Source of the DNA: an uncultured Alphaproteobacteria bacterium
Lineage (GTDB): Bacteria; Pseudomonadota; Alphaproteobacteria; Rhizobiales; Rhizobiaceae
Length of the DNA: 64,000 nt
Direction of reading: 5' to 3'
Assembly (NCBI GenBank): GCA_963829135.1
Contig: CAWHHO010000006.1
Coordinates: forward strand, 47,984-111,983
Positions 11,123-19,742 of the stretch are shown piece after piece. Numbering within the stretch: the first letter of the stretch is position 1; each line of letters begins with the position of its first letter. The notes beneath the pieces were generated by a model. The model was not told where the DNA came from and did no database searches. It saw only the letters and a program-made list of their open reading frames with translations. The position numbers and the translations under genes are program-made.

Positions 11123-11269
11123 GGCGGCGCCTCGGTTGGGTTTTGAGCACCTGGTGATCCTCAGAGCGCTTGGTGCCCCGCCCGTCGCTCCAGTCCACCC
11201 ATCGGACGGCGGGCGCCTCTCTCCTCGCAGCTGTTATTTTGGTAACCGCGTCCGGTTTCAGGTGTCCTT

Positions 11270-11416
11270 TCAAACTTCCTCGCCACCTGCTGAAGGCAAC
11301 TTGGGATCCTGGGGCGGTGTCCCCTCAGATGCCCTTGCCTTCTCCTCAAGCCATTTCGTCAACCTCTCGTTTGCGACAATCCCTCCGCGCGGCCATGGCT
11401 TGATGGGCTTCTTCAT
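11270..11416 (-). CDS. Small hypothetical protein (MKKPIKPWPRGG..., 48 aa)
   Basis: AGAGAGG RBS before ATG; no family recognised. Confidence 0.3.
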   Translation of the reverse strand: MKKPIKPWPRGGIVANERLTKWLEEKARASEGTPPQDPKLPSAGGEEV

Positions 11417-11901
11417 TTTGCTGACCTCTCTACGCCGCCTTTGCAGGCGGTTCCGAAGAGCACACAGTTTGGAGCGAGATGGAACAGTATGCCCGCCGGT
11501 GGCGGCGGGTCCATCAAATAAGCGACAGGACCACCTACCTTGCGACCCAGCGCACTGTGAGGCACCCCAGCAAGACGGGGCGGTTCGTATCACTGAAGCT
11601 GGGAGCGGCAAAAATGATGCGCCGGTCAATGGCTATGGCGAATTATCTTGCGTCAATCCGAGTGATCGCAAGTCAGCCATTCGGCGACTCTTAAAATCCG
11701 GCGCTGACGACGCGGCAGCCGCCGAAGTCGCGCCATGATGTTGCGCCGAGATCTACAAACATTCTGCCGAATTCGATGACTCGATTCTAAGGCGAAGGCG
11801 GACACCAGATCGGCGACGTGTAGGCGCGCTCCTGCAGTTTCATCGTGGCTTGTGGGGGGCACTGTGATGCCGAAGTACTTGGCGTCATGCGCGGTCCGCC
11901 A

Positions 11902-12261
11902 TCAGGAACCACCGCCTGAGACAAGAATGTCCGATACCGTGACGGAGCTATCTGTCCGCGAAAATCCGTACTGAACGCCCGGATGTCCAGGTAGTCCGAA
12001 TGATGTGCTATCCCCGTCCGCTAGCGACATAACAAATCGGCCGGGGTCGTTCGGCGTTGTATCGCCGACATAGGTAGCGACAACTTCGAACCTGCCGCCA
12101 GCGGTCTCGACGAAGTAGAGCGACATATCAACATCGCGAGATTGCAGCGTGACGCCCGCCATCGGAGCATTCAGCGTGACTGATCCAGCGCTGGCCGGAG
12201 TGGGCGCGATTGCGGTCGTGATGAGGGCGGCTGACAGGGCGATTGAAGAGAGGCTTTTCAT
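11902..12261 (-). CDS. Secreted hypothetical protein divergent from TetR
   Basis: AAGGAG RBS, signal peptide MKSLSSIALSAALITTAIAPTPASA. Confidence 0.75.
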   Translation of the reverse strand: MKSLSSIALSAALITTAIAPTPASAGSVTLNAPMAGVTLQSRDVDMSLYFVETAGGRFEVVATYVGDTTPNDPGRFVMSLADGDSTSFGLPGHPGVQYGFSRTDSSVTVSDILVSGGGS

Positions 12262-12281
12262 GGTCGGTTCTCCTTGGTAGA

Positions 12282-12356
12282 GTAGACAATGACAACTTTC
12301 GTTCGTTGACATAAGCTTTGAAGTAGGCGATGTCAACATATGTTTTCACTGGCTAC
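12282..12356. promoter_or_regulatory. Three candidate TetR operators (GTAGnCAnTGnCAAC-like)
   Basis: GTAGACAATGACAAC 12282-12296, GTAGGCGATGTCAAC 12323-12337, and reverse-complement GTAGCCAGTGAAAAC 12342-12356. Confidence 0.6.
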
Positions 12357-12367
12357 ATGGAAAACTG

Positions 12368-12970
12368 ATGCAAGAAACTGAAGCCCGCCCCTATCACCAC
12401 GGTGACCTGAGGCGCACGATCATCGAAACAGCCATGAATATGCTGCCCGAAGAGAAGGGCTGGCAGTTTACAATGAGGGAGGTGGCGCGGCGCGCTGGCG
12501 TAAGCCACGCAGCGCCCTACAAACACTTTCCCGACAAGACGGAGCTGCTCACAGAGATGGCGCTGCTGGGCTTCGACCGACTGCGAGAGGCGATGTTAAA
12601 GGCACGGCCGACACAACCAAAATCCCTGCGTGAGGAGTTTATCGCCGGGGCCCGGGCCTATGTTCGCTTTGGCGTCCTGAATCCGGCCCTGTACCGTCTC
12701 ATGCTCAGCGGAGATGCGGTCAATATCGAAGACGTGCACCTGAACGAGCGCGCGCTGGCAACGTTCGGTGTCTTGCTGGAGCTCCTGGAGCGCGGCCAGG
12801 CAGATGGAGTAGTGCGCAAACGCGAAGTGCGCGGTCAGGCGGCCGGCTGCTGGGCGCAACTGCATGGCATCACGATGCTGACCATTGATGGGCTCTTCCG
12901 GGCCGAAAAAGTCGGACTGGACCCGCTTGACGCGGCTCTCGTCACGCTACTTGAGGGGATTGAAACCTGA
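12368..12970 (+). CDS. TetR/AcrR family regulator (WHG-type C-terminus)
   Basis: YHHGDLR, MREVARRAGVSHAAPYKHF HTH, WAQLHG. Confidence 0.92.
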   Translation: MQETEARPYHHGDLRRTIIETAMNMLPEEKGWQFTMREVARRAGVSHAAPYKHFPDKTELLTEMALLGFDRLREAMLKARPTQPKSLREEFIAGARAYVRFGVLNPALYRLMLSGDAVNIEDVHLNERALATFGVLLELLERGQADGVVRKREVRGQAAGCWAQLHGITMLTIDGLFRAEKVGLDPLDAALVTLLEGIET

Positions 12971-13299
12971 AGTCACGCCAGAAGTCGAGGCCAGAGCCAT
13001 TCGCTGCGGGACCGCAGGTCCAGAGATTAACACAAGGGAACGGAATGTCGGCGATGGGGTCGATAATTGCCGATTCACCGCTGGGCTTGGCAAGAAAGTC
13101 CGCTGCGCTTGCTATGCTTCGCAACGCAGCGAAAAGCGGAAACCTAGCCTGCGGACCGAAGCGGCTATCGACAAGAGATGGAAGCCCGGCGACACCGAAG
13201 CGGTGAAGTGACGGCATATTGGCGGAAGGCTTCGCCCGCATGGCCACGCCAGTACGCACATCAACTGGAGCCGTGACCGAAAGCGCAAGCCATACCGTG

Positions 13300-13545
13300 G
13301 CCGGCGTATATCTTGGCGCTTCGTTGGCACGGTCCAACGGATTGACTCGCTCTTTTTTCACGCTGCCTCCCCCCTCCCCCACAAGCCCAACGATGGCCTG
13401 TCCGCCCTCGCCGACATTCACGCGCTCGACATAGACGCGTTGCTCGCCCTTGCTGCGATAGCGCTTGAGCGCTTCGATCTGGGCAGCGAACGTGCGGGTG
13501 AGCCGGTTGAGTGCACTTTCGTACTGGTCAGCAATATCTCGGCTT
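13300..13545 (-). pseudogene. Fragment of a conserved protein typical of integrative/phage-like elements
   Basis: RLTRTFAAQIEALKRYRSKGEQRVYVERVNVGEGGQAIVG followed by ANEAPR, resembling the start of HGGxSTG-type ORFs; no credible start. Confidence 0.55.
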
Positions 13546-13817
13546 TTTGCACGTCCCAATTTTGCTGCGGTCCGCGTAGAGGAGCTGGTCCAGAGGGCCA
13601 AGGGCGGTAAGGCTTCGCCAAGGCACCGAAGGGGTTGATGTGACGGCCTAGTTAGTATCCGGGCGCCGCTCGGGCTTATTTAAGTCACAGGATGACCCCA
13701 CCAGCGCGCAGTTCTCAGGAGGCGGTTTATTGGCCTGGGATTGGCAAGAAGAGAGGGCGGCTGTGGCTGAAAGCAGAAGCGCTCGACAACCCGTTTGCAC
13801 CCAAATCACTCTCCCTT

Positions 13818-14147
13818 TCATCGCACCATCAAACTTCCGCCGACAAAAACGGCAAGCATGGCCATTGCAGCCACTATGATCGCTATTGACCAACCCTTAA
13901 ACCGCCGATAGTCAGCAGCTAAATTGTCCTCCCTTCGCATCGCAGAGCCACTCGCAGCAGCGTTGAAGTTTCTCGTGGCACCGTGCGCACCCGAAGTGGC
14001 TCCGGGCTGCGTAACTTCGGCCTGCACAGTGGGCGTGCCCCCTGCCTTAGTGTCCGTTTCCATAGATGCCGTAGCGGGATCGAAGCCCGCAACTTTTTCT
14101 CCAGTATGACCGGCATCTATTGTGCCGCGAGCCATCGCCGGCGCCAT
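13818..14147 (-). CDS. Conserved hypothetical membrane protein
   Basis: IDAGHTGEKVAGFDPA..SMETD motif and C-terminal TM helix. Confidence 0.65.
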   Translation of the reverse strand: MAPAMARGTIDAGHTGEKVAGFDPATASMETDTKAGGTPTVQAEVTQPGATSGAHGATRNFNAAASGSAMRREDNLAADYRRFKGWSIAIIVAAMAMLAVFVGGSLMVR

Positions 14148-14360
14148 GGCAGCAGGGGAATCTTCGCTCGCTTTTTTCGTGTCGTTTACGAGGAAGTGAA
14201 GTCAAAACCGTGCGCAAACAACGACAGAATCCTCAAGTAAGGTCGGTCGTCGCCTGAACCTCCTACTCCGTTACAAGCTCCCTCATAGCACCCTTATCAA
14301 CGCATTCGCCTCTCCAGAGCTTCGTTTCTTTTGGAGTATCGCATCGGATCGCATCAACGA

Positions 14361-14466
14361 GAAAAAATCCGCCGCTGGTGGGGCATGCTTGGGAGGAAAA
14401 TACCTCCAGCGGCGGGCGGGCAATCCTTGCCACGAAGCGCCGGGGGATGGCATTTCCCGACCCCGC
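14361..14466 (-). ncRNA. Candidate sRNA with C-rich loops and intrinsic terminator
   Basis: Promoter GGAAC-N16-AGTT (14494-14470); two hairpins, the second CCGCCGCTGG/CCAGCGGCGG with a CCTCCC loop, followed by ATTTTTT. Confidence 0.55.
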
Positions 14467-14563
14467 AAGAACTAGCGGCTCCATAGTAGGTTCCATTTTC
14501 GAAACCCTTCCATACGTTTCGTCCGGCTTGCGCTGAATCGGCGGAGCCTCTACCACCCGAACA

Positions 14564-15457
14564 ATGCTGACCATGTTCCGCAGCTTCCTTCAGGCCGGCT
14601 TCGATTGTGGCCGGCTTGAGTGGCAGAAGAATTTCTGCTTGCTTACCGGCACCGGGCATTTGCCCGAGTTGCGGATGCGGGCTCACTACGAAATTGCCAA
14701 AGCCCACGGAATACACACCGTTCGTGATGGTCTTCCTTGGTGGCTTCCCGTGGAGCCGCGCCTGCGCACTGCACATGAGGCGGATATCCAGGTCATTTGG
14801 GACTTGAACCACTACTGGCGTCATCCCGACCCTATTGGGTACGCCGAGCGGGTCGCCACTGCGGTAAACGCGGTGGTGCCTCATGAAACTTTCTGGTGCT
14901 GTTTCAACGAGACCCTTATGCACCCGCGCATGGTGCACGGAGAAAGCACCGCTTATGTCATCGAACAAGCGAGATCGATCACTGATGTACTGCGCAGTTC
15001 GATTGCAGATGTCCGGCTCGTCACGGCGGAGCCAGCTCATACGCCACGCGATGTAGAAGCACATGCGCTTTCCGACATTGCCAACGTGATAGGCGTCAAC
15101 GTTTATCCCCATGCATTGAAGCGGGACATTGCCAGGATGTTACGAGATGTCGCGCACCGCTATGCTAAGTCAGTTATGATCGCGGAGACCGGCTTGCATC
15201 TGGGTCATCGCCGACGGTGGAAGGGGATAAACGACAAGGGCGAATGGCTGCGCCACGTTCTTGATGCCGTGGAACGATCGCGTGTTCATGTCGTGGGGGT
15301 TTGCCTCTACCCAATCGTAAACTCTCCCGCTTGGAATGCGCCCTATCGGCGCCGCTGGGACCACGGGCTGATCCGTGAGGACATGAGTTTGGACAACTCC
15401 TTGGCTAGCGAGATCAGGCGACAGACAGGGGTAAGCGAGCTGGCGCGGGCCGCTTAA
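14564..15457 (+). CDS. Glycoside hydrolase-like TIM-barrel protein (beta-glucosidase-related)
   Basis: FRSFLQAGFDC, TVRDGL.W, VIWDLNHY, FNE, IGVNVY, IAETG, GVCLYPI. Confidence 0.75.
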   Translation: MLTMFRSFLQAGFDCGRLEWQKNFCLLTGTGHLPELRMRAHYEIAKAHGIHTVRDGLPWWLPVEPRLRTAHEADIQVIWDLNHYWRHPDPIGYAERVATAVNAVVPHETFWCCFNETLMHPRMVHGESTAYVIEQARSITDVLRSSIADVRLVTAEPAHTPRDVEAHALSDIANVIGVNVYPHALKRDIARMLRDVAHRYAKSVMIAETGLHLGHRRRWKGINDKGEWLRHVLDAVERSRVHVVGVCLYPIVNSPAWNAPYRRRWDHGLIREDMSLDNSLASEIRRQTGVSELARAA

Positions 15458-15503
15458 TCGAAAGCACGCAAAGTCCCTTGTCGCTACCTATCAATCATTG
15501 AAC

Positions 15504-15528
15504 GGAACATCGCCTTGCGACGTTTGTT
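15504..15528 (+). promoter_or_regulatory. Sigma-EcfG-type promoter (GGAAC-N16-TGTT)
   Basis: Located ~27 nt upstream of the SDR start. Confidence 0.6.
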
Positions 15529-15554
15529 CGGCAGACTGAATTAGGGAGACAACA

Positions 15555-16471
15555 ATGCCGAACAATCCCGGAACTGCTCCTATTCCCCCACGAGTCGTGC
15601 CATGAATACCCACGGTCTCCCATGCCCGAACAGCAACAAGAGGTTCCAGGTTACACAGAACAGATGGACCCTCGCCCTGACCATGGTGAGCAAAGCTATC
15701 GCGGCAGCGGCAAGCTCACCGATCGGGTCGCCCTTATAACCGGTGCGGACTTCGGCATCGGACGCGCGGTGGCCATTGCCTTTGCACGAGAAGGTGCGGA
15801 CGTAGTGATCTCGTACCTTGAGGAGGACGAGGATGCTCAGGAAACTGCTAGGTGGGTAAGGGAAGCCGGCCGAAGAGCCGTTCTGGCGCGCGGTGACCTA
15901 AGCGACGAGACCTTTGCTCGCTCGTTAGTGCAACTGGCGATAGACGAGTGCGGACGCCTCCTCGACATCCTGGTTAACAATGCGGCGCATCAACAAACCT
16001 TTGAACAGCTCGAGGATATCACTTCTGAGGAATGGGACCTGACTTTCCGAACCAATGTCTATGCGATGTTCTATCTGTGTCAGGAGGCGGTCAAACGCAT
16101 GGAGCCCGGCGCCACGATCATCAACACTTCCTCCATCAACGCCACTAGCCCTTCACCGACGCTGCTCGCTTACGCTACGACCAAGGGCGCCATTGCTAAC
16201 TTCACGGCTGGATTGGCTGGTCTCGTCGCTGACCGGGGAATACGCGTCAACGCAGTTGCGCCAGGACCAGTGTGGACGCCGCGGACCCCTTCCACAATGC
16301 CGGCTGAAGAAAGTGAAAAATTTCGGAATGAACACGCCGCTTAAGCGGCCCGGCCAACCTGCGGAACTCGCGGCAACCTACGTCCTTCTTGCTTCTGAAG
16401 GTTCCAGCTACACGACAGGGGCGCTGTATGAAGTTACGGGGTGGGAGCAGGCCAATGCTGTGACGGCCTGA
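15555..16471 (+). CDS. General-stress SDR oxidoreductase (YghA/YhdF-like); frameshifted
   Basis: PDHGEQSYRGSGKL, ALITGAD.GIGRA, LVNNAA, YATTK, RPGQPAELA; frame breaks near 15600 and 16310. Confidence 0.85.
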
Positions 16472-16496
16472 GCACTTGAACGGCGTGGCGACAAAT

Positions 16497-18434
16497 TCAT
16501 CGAACCGCTTTGCGCATGCGGTCCGTCAGCGTCTGCTCGACGTCGAAATAGCCGTCCCAGGCGTCGGGGCCTGTGCTCGCGCGGCGGCGGCAAAAACGTC
16601 GAAGGCGGTGGCGCTTTCAAGCTCGGCAACTCGTCCCAGGTGACGGGGACAGCGCAGGTGGCTCCCGCCCGCGCTCGGGTCGACCAGGGACAGATTGCCG
16701 TCGCGCCTTGGCCGTTGCGCAGGTAGTCGATGAACATGCGGCCCTTGCGCTTCGCCTTGCTCATGTTGGCGATGAAGCGCGAAGGGTCGGTGCGCGCCAG
16801 CAGTTCGGCGAAGTTCTGGCAGAAGCTCTTTACCTCGTCCCAGTCTGCCTGCGGGACCAGCGGCACGACCACATGAACGCCCTTGCCGCCGGACAGCAGC
16901 GGCCAGGACTTTAGGCCAAGCGCCTCGAGAACGCCGCGGATGTCGAGTGCTGCCTGCTTGACGTCAGTGAACCCCAGGCCCTCGTCAGGATCGATGTCGA
17001 AGATCATGCGGTGCGGCAGGTTCGGCTCTTGGCATGAACTGCCCCAGACGTGGAACTCGAGCACATTCATCTGCACGCCGCCGATCAGTCCCGCCAGGTC
17101 GTCGACCCAGAGGATGCGGCTTTCCTTGCCGGACATCTTCTCCAATTGGCCGTCATGGATGGCTTTGGGCATGCCCGGCAGCTTGTGCTTCTGAAAGAAG
17201 GTCTTCTGCAGGTCGCCATCGGTGTCGCGCACCAGCGAAAGGGGCCGATCCTGGATATGCGGCAGCATTTTTTCGGCGACCGCGGCGTAATAGGCGGCGA
17301 GCGTGCCTTTGGTCACCTTGGTGCCCGGGTACATGACCTTGTCGGGATGGGTCAGCTCACGCCCACAGCACCGGCGATCTCCTTGCCCATCGCGGGATCG
17401 AGGGTATGCGTTTTGGCAGACGCCGGGAGCGCCTTCGGCAGTTCCATCACCACCTGGTCGGCGCGCTTGTCTTCGCGCATGCCCTGAAAGCTTGGATGCC
17501 GCAGGCTGCCGTCCGGTGTCACTTCGGCATAGGTAACCTCGGCAACAAGCTCGGGCTTCACCCACCGGGCACGCCGCGCGATGTCTCGCGGAACGGAAGC
17601 GAAGGCCGGTTTCTCCACGCGGCGCTTCTCAAGCTGCGCGAGGATGCTATCGCGCATCTTCTGGGTGAATCCGGTGCCGACGCGGCCTCGATAGATCAGC
17701 TTGCCGTTTTCATAGGTGCCGAGGATCAGCGAGGCCATGCCGCGGCCGCTGTCGCTTGGGCGGTAGCCGCCGACCACGAACTCCTGTCGTTTCGTGCACT
17801 TGATCTTGAGCCAGCTGGCGGTGCGGTCGCCGACGTAGCGACTGTCCGCGCGCTTGGCGATGACGCCCTCGTGGCCGCCCTCGCACATGGCATCGAAGAC
17901 CTTCTTGCCCTGGTCGACGATGTGGCTGGAGAACTGCAGGCTGTCGCCGGGGTCGCGGTCGCCCAGAAGGTCCTCAAGCCGTTCCTTGCGCTCAAGCAGC
18001 GGCAGGCCCGACAGATCGTCGCCATTCAATTCGAGCAGATCGAAGGCATAGAACTTGAGCGGCATGCCCGCGGCAATGCCGGTTTTCAGCATGGAGAAGT
18101 TGGTGCGGCCCTGGCTGTCGATGGCGACGATCTCGCCGTCGATCAGCGCAGAGCCCTTGGTCAGAGCCTGAAGCGGCGGCAGGATCACCTTGAACTGCCG
18201 GGTCCAGTCGTGGCCATTGCGGGTGTAGACCACGACCTCGGAGCCGGAGATGGCGACCTGGGCGCGATAGCCGTCGAACTTCATCTCGAAGAGCCAATCG
18301 CTGCCCACCGGTATGTTGTCGGTCAGCGTGCAGAGCTGGAACGGACGAAACTCCGGCAGCGGATATTTAGGGGTAGATTCTGAGTCTCGGCGCCGTGTGC
18401 GCTTTTTGGTGAGGGCGGCCTCTACGGCCGACAT
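16497..18434 (-). CDS. ligD: DNA ligase D (ligase + primase/polymerase domains, no phosphoesterase domain); frameshifts at ~17360 and near the 3' end
   Basis: EMKFDGYR, AFDLL, EGVIAKR, WLKIK, LRHPSF; LTHPDKV, FFQKH, FDIDP, SGGKGVH, FIDYLRN. Confidence 0.92.
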
Positions 18435-18463
18435 GCGGAACTCGAATACATGGCCGAATTCAA

Positions 18464-18532
18464 TACGCTGTCCTGCGCATTCGGTTCCAATCCCTGCGTT
18501 GAGGATTGAACCGGACGAAGTCCGGCTGCGTT
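18464..18532. promoter_or_regulatory. Back-to-back EcfG-type promoters for ligD (-) and DUF3606 copy 2 (+)
   Basis: Minus GGAAC-N16-CGTA (18488-18464); plus TGAAC-N17-CGTT (18507-18532). Confidence 0.55.
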
Positions 18533-18566
18533 GTTGGGGACTGAAGCGACAAACTTGGAGGCAAAA

Positions 18567-18753
18567 ATGGCGAAAACTACTGAAACAACTCGTGGGCGCA
18601 ATCAGGACCGCGCAAAGGTCGCTGGCTGGGCAGGATCATGAAGTGAAATACGAGGCGGGCAAGACCGGCGCCAGCAAGGCCGAGGTCAAGTCGGCCGTGA
18701 AGTCGGTCGGCAACAGCCGCAAGAAGGTCGAGGACAAGCTGGGCAAGAAGTGA
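18567..18753 (+). CDS. DUF3606-like small stress protein, copy 2 (1-nt frameshift at ~18626)
   Basis: MAKTTETTRGRNQDRAKVA / GQDHEVKYEAGKTGASKAEVKSAVKSVGNSRKK; GGAGG RBS. Confidence 0.75.
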
Positions 18754-18942
18754 ACCCTAGGTTGACGTTGCCTCCGTGCAGGGCAGGAAGGAATGTCACA
18801 CTGCCCTGCGCTACGGTGTCCCCAAGCTACCTTTCAGTGAACGGCGTCAACGCCGGGATAGAGTTCTTAACTGCTAGTCAAATTCGTAAGACGTTCGGGC
18901 TATGAGATCATAATATTGATGCGAAAGCGTCATGCGTGGTCG

Positions 18943-19152
18943 CTAAGCCGATTGTAAGTTTGCTGCCGCGCTCTTACCGCTTCGACTGTCTTTTTCGATA
19001 TCGAAGGTGACTTTTTGCCCTTCAGCAAGACTTCTCATTCCAGCGCGTTCCACTGCAGAGATATGGACAAAAACGTCCGGTTCGCCATTGCCAACTTCAA
19101 TAAAACCAAACCCTTTTGTAGCGTTGAAAAACTTTACTGTTCCAGTCGGCAT
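18943..19152 (-). CDS. cspA: Cold-shock protein
   Basis: [23 protein letters not shown] (RNP1/RNP2). Confidence 0.95.
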   Translation of the reverse strand: MPTGTVKFFNATKGFGFIEVGNGEPDVFVHISAVERAGMRSLAEGQKVTFDIEKDSRSGKSAAANLQSA

Positions 19153-19330
19153 GATAATTCTCCGAAATCCCGATGGCCCGTTCGCCGGCTTACCTAAACT
19201 CAAACAGCTCGCGTGTCGAAGCCTTTTCTCCTTGCGCGGGGACGGTGATCGCTTAAATCGTGCTCGGCTGACGATTGCAGGGACAGATGCCCATTCTTGT
19301 TCGGCCCGCAACGCGGCCTATCATTGTCCC

Positions 19331-19621
19331 ATGGTCCGGAAGAAGTCGCCGACGATCGTCGCTGCCTATCCAGGCGCAGAGCGGCGCGTGCATCTTGTGC
19401 TTCGCTATCCGGACGACATCGTTGATAAGACTGTCGACCTGACGCCGATCCTCGAGGCCGGGCGTTTATATGCACCGCTGCTTAAGAGCCGTGCGCTGTT
19501 CGCCACCTTGCACGTCAACCAGAACGGCACGGCCCTGGAGTTTAACGGCGACTTTACGATTTCGGCCAATTCGGTCGAGTGGCTTGCAAAACAAATGAAT
19601 ACGACCAGTGCAGGCTGTTGA
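19331..19621 (+). CDS. DUF2442-like protein
   Basis: VDLTPIL..G.LYAPL....LFATLHV...GTALEF pattern. Confidence 0.55.
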   Translation: MVRKKSPTIVAAYPGAERRVHLVLRYPDDIVDKTVDLTPILEAGRLYAPLLKSRALFATLHVNQNGTALEFNGDFTISANSVEWLAKQMNTTSAGC

Positions 19622-19742
19622 AGGAGGTCGGCCCCGACCGCGAAAAGGAGAAGGTTGGCGCGGAACTTGAAAGGAAATGCGCTGATACACACAATGGCAA
19701 GGGCAAGGGAGGGGCGGCCCGCAAAGGAAATAGGTAACTTGC

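Noticed and set aside
12942-13601. 219 aa ORF as an intact gene
   Set aside because: Only ~80 central codons look like a real protein; the rest runs through repeat-like intergenic DNA into tetR
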